The notes under the pieces are model-generated. The model searched no databases. It saw nothing but the letters and a program-made list of their open reading frames with translations, and had not been told where the DNA came from. A program made the translations under genes and the position numbers. Positions 23,560 through 35,155 of a stretch of DNA of 64,000 bases are shown piece after piece. Position 1 is the stretch's first letter, and the number at the start of each line of letters is the position of its first letter. The stretch comes from Lama glama (taxonomy: Eukaryota): contig CM052817.1 of assembly GCA_028534125.1 (NCBI GenBank), forward strand, positions 107,386,001 through 107,450,000, in the 5' to 3' direction.

Positions 23560-26500
23560 GTGTGGATCAATGTTAGCTTGTTAATTATGTATTTAGTTCT
23601 CCATATCCTCTTTTGGTTTCACTTATCTTTCATGGACTGGAAGAGGTGGATTACTATCTCTTACCACTGTGTGTCTATTTTTCTTTTTGTTTTGGTTGCT
23701 GTCTGAATCTCTTTGGGGCACATATACTTCTAATGTAATATCTCATATTGGAAACTGCACACTATAGCGTTTAAATGTCCTTCTTTGTACTGTTTAATCC
23801 AAATTGGCCAGAATTCTGCCTACTTGGCCCAAAATATATGATGCCTGTGTTTTATTTGTTTGTTTGCATCTACATGGCATACTTTTGAGCAGCGTTTTGT
23901 TTTTAATCCCTCTTAATCACTCATAGTTGCAATGTTTTGGTTAATAGTCCTGAGTTAGGTTTTACTTTATAAGCCAATTTGAAAGTCCTTTTTTTTCTTT
24001 AGTAGATGAATTTAGTCCACTTGTATTTATTGATATGACTAATATATCTGACCGTAACCTGCTATTTAAAAATATTATTATATTTATAGGTTGCTATGTT
24101 TATATGTATTATATAACCTATATATTATATAGATATTGGTTGCTACATTTATAGGTTAAAAATCTTTCAACAAATGGCTTAAAATTTTTACTTCTTCCAA
24201 TATTTAAAAAGGCTGAATATTTTATTGGTTATCTTGATAACTACCCAATAGACTGTATCTTCTCCTTCTTAAGAGAATAACACTAGTACTCATTAATTTC
24301 CTATTAAAAGAAATGATGAAATTAGTATATATTGTCTTCCTTTCTGTTCTTCTCTCTCTCTCCCACCACAGGATTTTGATCAATTACATGCTATTTATTA
24401 GTGTTCACCTTAAGAATATCAAATATCCACATATTGGTAGATCTGTTAGTTTTAAATGACATGTCTTGACTCCTAGCTATTCTATTTTTATGGTTCTGTG
24501 GTTTCCACTTTATCCATTTTGAGACTGCTCACCCATCTAAGATTATTATGTCCTCTTGCCGAATTGACCCCTTTATCTTACATGTTATCTCTCTTTATCG
24601 CTGGTGATAGTCTTTGTTCAGAAGTCTATTTTTTTCTAATATTAACACAGTCCCTCCAGCTTAAAAAAAATTAGTGTTGCATTTCTTATCTTCATTTTAC
24701 AGCATGTAGTATCTCCATTTTTTCTGGTTGCCCCAAGGTTTTTTCTTTATCTTTGTTTTTCACCAGTTTGACTGATTTGTCATTTTTTTTTTCTTTTCTA
24801 CTTCTGCTTGTTTTTTTCTGAGGTTCTTAGATTTTTGGTTTATTGTATTCTATTAATTTTAGAAAATTCTTGGTCATTCTCTCTCCAGGTACTTCTTTGA
24901 AACTGAGCAGGACCCTGTGAGACAAGCCCCCTGTGTCCCCTGACCTGCCTCTTGTTTGTAGGAAAGCTTTAGCCTCCTAGGCCTTCCCCAAGTTCCAAAG
25001 AGAAGATTTAATCAGGAAAATGAGAAAATGCAGAAACAAAGAAAAACAGTCAAAATAATAATAGTTTAGCCATAAGACAAAGTCAAGGGCCTTTAATTCC
25101 TCCTCGGGGGCTAGAGATGATATCCTGAGCTGCATCCTTAGTCATTTTCAGATACTGAAACCCCCACCAGGTGGGAGAAGTTAACTTTGTGCTGACCACT
25201 AACACGTAGACCCCAGACTGATGGGAACCAGAAGGCTGATGAATAAGATTCCCAAAATACCACCCGGTTACCTTACCACCAATGAATCAGAAGAATGTTC
25301 ACAAGCTGGTCACACACTCTGTGACCACCTCCCTCACCTTGCCTTGAAAACCCTTCCCTGAAAGCCATCAGGGAGTTTGTGTCTTTTGAGTATGCTCTGC
25401 CCATTCTCCTTGTTTGGCACCTGCAATAAACACTGTACTTTCCTTCACCACAACCTGGTGTCAGTGCATTGGCTTTACTGTGCATCAGGCGAGTGGACCC
25501 AAATTTGGTTTGGTAACATCATCTGTCCTGATTTCCCTCTCTCTCTCTTTCTTTTTTCTGTGACTCCTTTTACACATTTTTAGACAATCTTATGTTATCC
25601 CACAACTTCGGGATTCTCTGTTCTGTCCTTTTAATTCAAATGAGAGCTTTCTGTCGGCCTATCTTCAAGGTCATTGATTCTTTCCTCAGTTGTGTTCAGT
25701 CTGCTGCTAAACCTGTTGAAGTAATTCTCTGATTCACTTTAACAGCTTCCCTCTTTTTGCAGACATTTCCCATGTGTTCATCTATATTGACCACCTTTTC
25801 CACTAAATTGTTTAACTGATAAATCATTAGTATTTTAATTTTAATTTCCTTGTTTGGTAGTTGTAACATCTGAGCTATCTCTGGGTCTGGTTCTGTTGAT
25901 TGCACAATAATTTGACAGTGGAATGTTTTTCTTGCTCTTTTAGGGATGGGGCTTTCTCAGCGATGCTGTCCCCCATACCCCAGGTGCCCCAACCGAAGTG
26001 AGCATCACCCACTGCTTTGTAACAGGACAGAGTGCTGGGCTGGAGAGGTTTATCTGCCCCTACCACTGGAGCAGACAGCTTTCCCTTCTGATGCTCCTTT
26101 GGAAGCAGTAGATCTCTGCCTGGTCCCTGGCTGCAGGACTTTCTATCGCTCTTCTAGTGTCATAAAGCTTTTATTCATAAGAGGAAAGAGTCTAGGGAAG
26201 AAGGTGGGTTTGTGCCCCTGTCCACCAAGGAGGACTCTCTCTGGTTTCCTTACCTGTTCCCATCTTCTCTTGTGAGCTGGGGGAGACCAGAGGAGAAGTG
26301 GGAGTAGCTGGCTCCCCTTGAGTGTGGGTTCCCAGTTATTCCAAAATTTTACATGAGCCCACACTTAACCTTCACAGGTTTAATGAAATTTTAGCTAGTT
26401 TCTTTGTACCTGCTCCATGACAGTCAACTCTTCACCCTGTGCTCTGCCAAAGATGAAACGTGTATGTCCCGTCTCTCCTTGTCACTCCTTAGGATTCAGT

Positions 26501-26620
26501 TCACTTGCTTGCCTTACGACTGTAGCTCTCTGACAGGCTCGAGAAAATCCTGATTGTGTAGATTACAAAGTTCTTTCTCATTGGTAGAGGGAGCAGTAAT
26601 GTCTTGTGACTTTCTATACC
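23560..26620 (-). mobile_element. Highly decayed L1M fragments, interrupted by a solo LTR
   Basis: T-rich strand bias; gaattgacccctttatc...gaagtctattttttctaatattaa resembles the reverse complement of the L1 ORF2 start. Boundaries approximate. Confidence 0.55.
24898..25518 (+). mobile_element. Solo ERV1-type LTR (621 bp)
   Basis: TG...CA termini (tgaaactgag...ggtaaca), AATAAA near 25425, flanks tctt / tcat (4-bp TSD with one mismatch). Confidence 0.8.
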
Positions 26621-27679
26621 TTTAGCAGTAATGTTGGAATGTGGGATTGTAATATACAATACATACTCTTCTGTGACTTTTTCTTTATATTATATTTTAA
26701 ATTATGGTCTTGACGTTGAGCCATGTTGATTAAAGCGAGGAGTTCACTCATCTTCATTGAGCCCGCGTGTGTATCACATTTTATTTGTCCATCATTTCCA
26801 TGGTTTCCAGGACCTTGCTCCATAATGTATCCTTGTTTTCTGTATTTTCAAATTCTTTATATCAGCTCCTTCTGCCTATATATAAACTTGCTTAGTCTCA
26901 TCCTAAAATTAAATTTACTTTATTCTCTTGATCTTTAGCTCACCTTTCGCTATTTTCCCATCTGCTTATTTATTACTTATATTTCTTCCTTTTTGAATTT
27001 CACAACTTTTATTGTTGTGTTTATAGTTTTATTTATTGCTTTGAAAGAACAATAAAAAGTTTTAAGCACATGTAAAAATATATATAAATATATGAAATTT
27101 ATATAAAAGGTTTTAATCTGTTGTCTGTCATATATCTTGCAAGTATATTATCCTGGGCTGCCATATGTCTTTTTATTTCACTTACATCTTTCCACTTAAT
27201 CATAGTTAAAAAAATGTTTGCCAACACATCTATCAGATTTTCTAGTTGATACTTTACTAAACAAAATTCATGTGCAAGGTAGAACTATTGTAATTAATTT
27301 TTTAAAATGAATACTTATAAAGCAAAAAATAATTATTACAAGCATTAAAATTGGAATAATGTTCACTATCAGGAATACATGTGGAATGATTTGTTTTGGA
27401 GAGCTAAAATTTAAAGATTATAATTTTAGTAATGAAATTTTTAAAAGTCCACCTCTTTAGTAATAAATCCTAATCATTTTTATTTTAATCTGAAATGTAC
27501 ATATGACTGCCTTTTTAAAAGCAAAGGAAAGATTTATTATCGTACATGCGTAATACCTGCCACATTTGCTTCTGGTCTCAGTGCATGAATTTTTACTTGC
27601 TAATTTACTTATGCAAATATTGATCAATTTTACTTCATTACTAAGTTTGGATTACTGAGCATGTAATAACTGTTAATGA

Positions 27680-27802
27680 TTGTTTATTTTGAGGAGGAGG
27701 TAAGTAAGTCTATTTATTTTTAATGGAGGTACTGGGGATTGAACTCAGGACCTCATGCATGCTAGGCACTCACTCTACCACTGAGCTATACCCTCCCCGC
27801 TT
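27680..27802 (-). mobile_element. tRNA-derived SINE, Vic-1-like (camelid)
   Basis: Reverse complement ggggagggtatagctcagtggtagag...gtcctgagttcaatccccag with Pol III A and B boxes; perfect 18-bp TSD tgtaataactgttaatga (27662-27679, 27803-27820). Confidence 0.88.
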
Positions 27803-28629
27803 TGTAATAACTGTTAATGAATTCTTTTGAATCCAAATTTCATCACTACAAAGGCTACATTGAACCTAATTTGCCCTTTCCTTGATGACTTGGTTTGTCA
27901 TCAGTGAGGATACTGTACTGTCATACAAGATGCCCTCTGGACTTTGTAATGATTTGGGGGCTGCTTCTGTTCCCTATATGGTTCCAAACTAGTGTGTTTT
28001 GAATGACTGTTTTTGCTTTTTATAGCACTTCTTGCTCCTGCTTTACTATCAGATTGATAATTACTACTTCTCACTAAAGTCAACATCTCTAACTTTCCCC
28101 TCCTACTATTAATTTGGCACTTATAATCTGCTGTGAGCTTAGAACTCAAACAAACAAACTTTTGGGAATTTCCTACGAAATGAGAGACAGAGGGAATTTT
28201 CATAGGATACCAGATATGCAGTTTACTGAATTGTTATTTTGGAATTTATTTCTTCATGTTATCTGTGTTTTAAATAGACACATTTACTGGGTAATTGAGT
28301 TCTGCATAGGTAGAATGGTGCTAATCACCACAAGCAAAGCTACTATGGGAAAAATTCTGTGGAATATATTCTGTTGTGATGGGCTTCAGAAATCCCTGCC
28401 TCCAAAGTGTTTTTGGGTTCTTTTTGAGATGTTTTACTTTGGTGAGAGTTTAGAGGCATTAGTTTAGATAATACGGATGCTTAATAAAAAAAATCATGCT
28501 AAGAAAATTTGAGGAAATGTGACACAATATTAACAGCCATCCTTTGGAAAAAAACCCTAACATCCAAAGTAAACTAGGCAAACCCAGAACAGTCAGTTGC
28601 CTCCTGTAGGGAGAGAGACCGCAACTTAC

Positions 28630-28704
28630 AGCCAGTGCAGTCTCGGCATGTGCTGGCAAAGGGGCTTGTTGGGCAGGCGGGTAAGGACGTTATTCATCAA
28701 CGCT
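28630..28704 (-). CDS. RXFP1: RXFP1 exon 9 (LRR), 75 nt
   Basis: ALMNNVLTRLPNKPLCQHMPRLHW(L); ttcag / gtaagt. Confidence 0.95.
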
Positions 28705-29239
28705 CTGAAAAAGAAGAGAAACTGAGGAGAGTCCCATTTCCCATTTCTTTTCTCAACTTACGTCAAACACGGTTTTATCACAATTCTTACAAAACCGTGA
28801 AAATCCACTAAGTTAGTTGTCTTCTCACTTTAATCTTTTCCTAGAAGCCTTGTCAGATTTCAGTGCATGTTAGTAGTACAATCAGACAAAGTAGCTGTCA
28901 TGCGGAGAAAACAGTAGGTCAGCAGCTGGAAAGAGGCTGTGCCCTCCAGTGAGTGGGCCGTCAGAAAGGAGGCGACTTTGAATGACGGCGATTTTTCTTT
29001 ACCAAAATTAATATAGGCAGGCTAGTACTGGTGTGCTTAAGAATATTCCAGTATAATATGTCAGTGAGGCTGTGTTCACTTTTGATGAACTGACATTCTG
29101 GAAGACAGAAGATCTTATAAAATGGTTAGAACCACAAAATAGCCTCATAGAATATGATTAGAGATGGTTTTTAGCTGAAAGGCCTTTGTAGGGCTTTAAT
29201 TCCAAATTTAATGCCATTAAACTTAAAGCAGTAATTTTC

Positions 29240-29308
29240 TTTTTTTTTAAATTGAAGTACAGTCAGTTACAATGTGTTAATTTCTGGAATATAGCACAAT
29301 GTCCCAGT

Positions 29309-29347
<39 letters not shown>

Positions 29348-29352
29348 TCGTT
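29240..29352 (-). mobile_element. Short young L1 3' end with internal (CA)n
   Basis: Same family as 10795-11187; perfect 17-bp TSD ttaaagcagtaattttc (29223-29239, 29353-29369). Confidence 0.88.
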
Positions 29353-29421
29353 TTAAAGCAGTAATTTTCATTCATGTCTTTTCCTTCAAGTGAAATATTT
29401 GCTTACATTCTTAATACTTAC

Positions 29422-29493
29422 AGGAGAATAAGAGAATTTAGTCCATAAAACGTTAGTGGGGAAATTCGATTGAGGGCATTATCTTCGATTATC
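29422..29493 (-). CDS. RXFP1: RXFP1 exon 8 (LRR), 72 nt, after an 89-nt intron
   Basis: IIEDNALNRISPLTFYGLNSLIL(L); ggcag / gtaagt. Confidence 0.95.
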
Positions 29494-29582
29494 CTGCCGG
29501 CCAGAAGAAAAAATTGATTCATTTATATATTTTTTCGAACATAAAAACTAATACTATGAAATGCCACCAAAAATAAACATAC

Positions 29583-29654
29583 AGCCATTCTAGTCTATGG
29601 AGATCTTCAAAAACACCTGGCTTCAAGAAGGTTATCCTGTTATGACTGAGGTAC
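29583..29654 (-). CDS. RXFP1: RXFP1 exon 7 (LRR), 72 nt
   Basis: YLSHNRITFLKPGVFEDLHRLEW(L); ttcag / gtatgt. Confidence 0.96.
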
Positions 29655-29889
29655 CTGAAAAAAGAGAAATGACTCCAGTAAATCTGTTACCTTCCTAATA
29701 GTACAAGGAAAAGAACAATAGTCACCCATCTTCAAGTTTCTCACATGCTGTTCTCATCAGTCATTTTCCTGCCTTTGGTCTCTAAAAGTTCTTTAGCACT
29801 TACCTTTCTGTGTCTAGTTTTTAAATTCCCAGTGATCAACCAACCACCCATCAGTCAATCACTCTGTCTATTCATTTATTCATCAAATT

Positions 29890-30336
29890 ATTTTTTTAAT
29901 CAAAGTATAGTCAATTTACAATGTTGCATCAATTTCTGGTGACCAGCATCATGTTTTAGTCATACGTACACATACATATATTCCTTTTCATATTCTTTTT
30001 CATTATAGGTATTGAATATAGTTCCTTGTGCCATGCAATAGAAATTTGTTATTCATCTATTTTATATATACTAGTTAGTATCTGCAAATCCTTTACTCCC
30101 GGTTTATCCCTTCCCACCCCCCTTCACCCCTGGTAACTGTAAGTTTGTTTTCTATGTCTGTCTTTCTGTTTCATAATAAGTTCTTTTGTGTCATTTTTTT
30201 TTTTAGATTCTGCATATAAGTGATGTCATATGGTATTTTTCTTTCTCTGTCTGAGTTACTTCACTTAGATGGACAATCTCCAGGTCCATCCATGTTGATG
30301 CAAATGGCATTATTTTATTCTTTTTTATGGCTGAGT
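29890..30336 (-). mobile_element. L1 3' end inserted into an L2 tail
   Basis: L1 3' UTR reverse complement; flanks attcatttattcatcaa and gagcacctactgt..cactgtgctagg are L2 3'-end-like. Confidence 0.8.
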
Positions 30337-30739
30337 TCAGCAAGCTGTTTTTGAGCACCTACTGTACAGCACTGTGCTAGGTATCAGATCCCTTTCTTCA
30401 CGGGACTTTGGGTCTAGAAGAAGACAGCGTGGGAGCAGGTGATCACAGAGGGAAAAGAGATCGTATGTAGCAGAGGAGACACCAGGCTCTGCTGGGGGTT
30501 GGGGGTGCAGAGCTTGGAGGGGTGAGGAGACAGGAAGTCTTAACTAAAGGAGGCTCAGTTGAGAAGAGTCTTGGATGGAGACATGTCACTCACAAAGCCA
30601 AGCATGGTTGGAGTGATTCTGCACAGAGGAAGTGGCTTATGCAAAGGCAAGAAGTGCAAAGGGGAGCAAAATGAGGTAAGAGGTTTACCAGGGGACTTAG
30701 TGCAGCTTCACCACAAAGAGGCTGTGAGGAGTGAGAGAA

Positions 30740-31062
30740 GATAGTCACGAAAGACCACATTCTGTATGATTTCACTCATATGAACGTCTAGAATGGGCAA
30801 ATCTATATATAGAGAAAGTAGACTAGTGGCTTCTTAGGCCTAGGGTAATGGATGGTGGCCAGCGGGGTAAGAGCTGAAGAGTATGAGGGTTTCTTTTTGA
30901 GGTGATGAAGAGCTTCTAAAATCAGTAGTTTATAAAACCACAGTGATAGGTGCACATATTTGTGAATATAGGAAAACCACTGAAGTTTGCACTATAAATG
31001 GGTAAATTGTATGGTATGTGAATTGTACCTAAATAAAGTGGGTTTTTAAAAAATCTTAAAAA
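30740..31062 (+). mobile_element. Old L1M 3' UTR fragment
   Basis: gaccacattctgtatgatttcact...tgtatggtatgtgaattgtacctaaataaag. Confidence 0.7.
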
Positions 31063-31309
31063 GAAAACAGAGAGTCTGTGAGGAGAGATGGGAGACGTGC
31101 CGGGGCAGGCAGGGAGATGCTCTGGAGAAAAGGACACTGAATGTCTTCCTGGAGACTCTTTCCCCACCTCACTCACCCAACTTCGCCTTTCACTCTTCTG
31201 CAGAGCGAGCCAACTCTCTGTTCTATGGGGCTGACGCTGACCTCCTCTTGTGAGTTGATTTCTATCTCAACTTCTCTAGTGCAGCAACTCGCTGCTCTGA
31301 GTCTGCTGT

Positions 31310-31490
31310 CAGACACACTGGTTCCCAGCTTTGCCACTTGTTAATCATGTGGCCTTAAACAGTCAGCAGCTTCTGAGAGCCTCAGTTTCCCCAAGTCTAA
31401 AATGGAAATAATACGAGTACCTAATTTATTGGGCTGTTGAACATTTGAGGCCGTGCACATCATAAGCACTGGGTGCGTCTTATTAGAGCC
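31310..31490 (+). mobile_element. MIR SINE
   Basis: Core cccagctttgccactt...gagcctcagtttcccc..ctaaaatggaaataata. Confidence 0.7.
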
Positions 31491-31822
31491 ATGTCTCTGT
31501 TCAACTTCTGACTTCAACTTCTTTCCTCTCCACCTACAATTCCTATGCAAGTATTCCTTCAAATTCCACTTCCGCTGATACATGGACCACACCAGTTTCA
31601 CTCTTTTCTCCACCCTGACAGATCTTGGTGCTGACGTCCTGCAAAATTCCTCCTGCTAGGAATCTCCTCTTCCCGCATCAGGGTGACTTTGCCTGGGGGT
31701 GGCAGGGATAGTGCCTCCTACTAGGGCCACTCCCCCCCTTCCCTTGCACATCCGGAGACCCGGCTCAACACTTCCCCTTGAACACCTCAGGGAGCGGGGG
31801 AATTATTGGCGCCGGTACTTAC

Positions 31823-31894
31823 AGCTTGGTGAGACTGGACAGTCCTCTGAAAGCATGGATGGATATGGATCTAATCTTATTGTTTTGCAGACAC
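31823..31894 (-). CDS. RXFP1: RXFP1 exon 6 (LRR), 72 nt
   Basis: CLQNNKIRSISIHAFRGLSSLTK(L); cacag / gtaagt. Confidence 0.95.
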
Positions 31895-31931
31895 CTGTGA
31901 AAATGATGATTAAAAGGAAAACATAATGAAA

Positions 31932-32100
31932 CCGAGTTTCAGTTTTGCCAAATGAAGAGTCCTGTGGGTGGACGGTGGTGATGGGAGTGCAAAACTGTGG
32001 GTGTCCTTAACGCCCGTGAATGTACATTTAAAAATGGTTAAGACTGTATGTTTCAAGTCGCATGTTTTTTGCCACAATTAAAACTTTTTAAAAATGAAAA
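31932..32100 (+). mobile_element. Old L1M 3' end fragment next to the RXFP1 exon 6 acceptor
   Basis: Visibly similar to 16785-16945 (gtttcagttttg..aatgaa...ggtggtgatgg...ttaaaaatggttaa). Confidence 0.7.
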
Positions 32101-34416
32101 AGGGTAGCCATAACAAAATAATGTAGCGAAACTGCATGTCACTTTGTTTTGCTATTAAGTTAGTGTATGATTAGGCTCGTCTTTATGTAGAAGTTCCTGT
32201 TATAAAGGTAAACATATGAGAGCTAAAATTTAATGTTTGAATTTTCTACGAGTGAAACTTTAGTTTAGTGCATATTAAGGCATTCACTAATCAAAGAGGC
32301 CTAGAGGCTTTGTTTTTCTTTAACTTTTTAACATTTCCTGCTGTAATTCTACAAACTTGACAGTGCTCGACACAGTGCTAGTAAAACTACAAGTATGTGA
32401 GATCATTAGGACTCTAAACCATATTCCATGCTAATCACAGATCGGCCAAGTGGACTTGAATTCTATTAATGTGATACCCAAGTCTTAACTCCAAACAGTG
32501 TTTGAGGAAACTCATCAGGAAGATAAATGACGAAAGAGAAAAACAGAAATAAAAAGAATCCAGACTGGAAGCATATAAATTAGCTTGGAAGGCCAAGCCA
32601 GAATGATGCGGGTTCACATAGTTCCCCGAGGTCACGCTGGGTGTTGGGCCTGGAGTTCACAGCAGGTCAGAGGAAACAGAACCCAGACACCAGCCACTGC
32701 ATCACACGCACCCATTTAAGCATCGCACACCTGTGCACACCAGCCGCAGGTTGTGAACAGGACAAGGAGGGGCTTCGAGCCTGATTTCCTCTTCTGATGC
32801 AGGTCACCATTGTCCTTTAGGGTTTTCTGAGTTTTTGTATAATTTTTCACAGATTTTAGGAGTAATAAAGGATAAGCCCCTATGAAAGAAGTCTCTTAAT
32901 CAGAAACTGCGACTAAAGGAGAGTCCCTATTTCTCCAACATGCAAGAAAACCTCACTTTAATTGTAAAATATTATTATTAAGTCTGTCATACACCTAACA
33001 TGCTGAGGGTCCAATCGTGAAGGAGATAATGCAGCTTTCTCACTAAAGCACAGTAAAACTTTCATGGCATTCATTTATACATGAGTTTATACCTGAGTCG
33101 TTGTGTTCATTCATTTATTTCTAACTATGGTAATGATCTACTGAACAATAGACTATATTGCCTGGAGTTTGAGACAAACTACATCTCTAATAACCTATTA
33201 GAATTTTTTTTTGTAATTAAGCTATTTTGATCTATTACTTGGAACAAATTGGTTGTTCAAGAATTAATTCAGTGTTTGTTGTGTGAAAAATGCTAAATGA
33301 CTGAATTCTGATGTTTAGAGTTGAAGTCCTAACCCCTTTTAAAGGATGTGGACATAAGGTGGAGCTGCAGCTCAGAAAAGTCCTCTTACTTCCAAAATCA
33401 GAAAACAGAAAGAGGAAGTATCTTGAAATTTTTGTATCAGGCCTGATTTTGAAAAGCTCTTCCCTGTTAGTCCATCAATGTCTACAAAAAAGTTCTGAAA
33501 AGTCATTTTATTGGAATTTAATTTTCCAATATGAAACACTTTTCTGCAGCTCATCTGAGCTTTGAGAACATTTTATCAAAGTGGGTAAGTATTTCTTCTG
33601 ATTCTACTCTGTTTCTGTTATCCTAAGGAAAAATGTACAGGTAGATTGTATCCACGTACCAGAGTGCTCTGGTGGTTTTTTGTTTTCGTTTTTTTACAAA
33701 ACTAAAACCAATATAGACGTGCAAATGAAACCAGAAGTTTTGAGACATTTTCTAGATAGTGTGGTTCAGGCATTTCAACCCAACCGTTTAAGCACATGAC
33801 AGTATGATTTAGCCACAAAGTTGACCTAAAGAGCAGGTAGCTGTCACCTGGTCTATTATGGATTCTGCAAGTACATAGATAATCTTAAACTGAAGGGAAG
33901 CTGCATGTCAGATAACTACTCAAGGGTGAAATAAAACTCAGCCAACAAGGCAGAAGTGAAAATGGAATTAAGTCCCCAAAACAACATGCTTGGAGGTTTC
34001 AACCCACAAGGACTTGCTCTCTCAGGTAGAGCTTGAATTTGCAAACATAGGAAAGCTCTTCACTATCTAATCTCGATGGCAGATCTGGTGAAAAGCCGTT
34101 ACATCTTTCTCTAAGATGCACGGAGGGGCAGCGAGTGACACCTCCTGAGTATCTTCACCAGCGGGGAGTGTGGTGGGAGGATTCACTGCCCACGTCCTCC
34201 AGGTTCTTTGGGGGTAGGTATCTGAGATTTTTCTCAGATGGCTTTTAGAATTGCTCAGGAAAAAAAAATGTTACCTCGTAGTCTCCAGCTAACAGTGAAA
34301 TAATCCCCAAAGAGGGATTGGACTTAAACAGTTGATTCTTGCAGAAGTGGGAAGAAACAGGTATGTCCCCTGCAAAAGTCAGCCAAGTTAATACCAAGAA
34401 TTAAAATTTTTCTTAC

Positions 34417-34488
34417 AGTTGCTGAAGATCATGGTACTTCTTGAAGCCATCACGAGGAAGCTTTCTTATTAAGTTCCACTGAAGTGAC
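34417..34488 (-). CDS. RXFP1: RXFP1 exon 5 (LRR), 72 nt
   Basis: SLQWNLIRKLPRDGFKKYHDLQQ(L); ttcag / gtaaga. Confidence 0.95.
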
Positions 34489-34664
34489 CTGAAATAAATG
34501 AGAATTTTGGTTCTTAAAGTTTTTTCTTTACTTTTAAAAACAGTATGAATAACTGTAAACTTTATTTACTTTAACACCAGCTCTCAGGAAACACTTTGCT
34601 TCATGGTGTCACTCTTGTATTCCTAATACCATTTAAAAATTTTTCTAACAGATTTTGAGAGTTA

Positions 34665-35115
34665 TTTTCATTTTATTTATTTAAATTAATTAATTGTATT
34701 GAGATATAGTTGATCCACAATATTGTATTAGTTTCAGGTGTACAACATAGTGATTCAAAATATTTATGGATTATACTTCATTTATAATTATTATAAAATA
34801 TTGGCTATATTCCCTGTGATGCAGCTCATTTATTTAATACATAGAAATTTGTATCTCTTCCTCCCCTGCCCCTGTCTCATCCTCCCCTCTTCCGTCTTCC
34901 CACTAGTAATCTCTAGTTTGGCCTCTATATCTGTGAGTCTCTTTCTGTTTTGTTATATTTACTAGTTTGTTTTATGTTTTAGATTCCACATGTAAGTGAC
35001 AACATACAGTATTTGTCTTTCTCTGTCTGACTGACTTCACTGGCATAATATATTCTAGGTCCACCCGTATTGTTGCAAATGGCATTTTATCCCTTTTATC
35101 ACTGAGTAGTATTTC

Positions 35116-35155
<40 letters not shown>

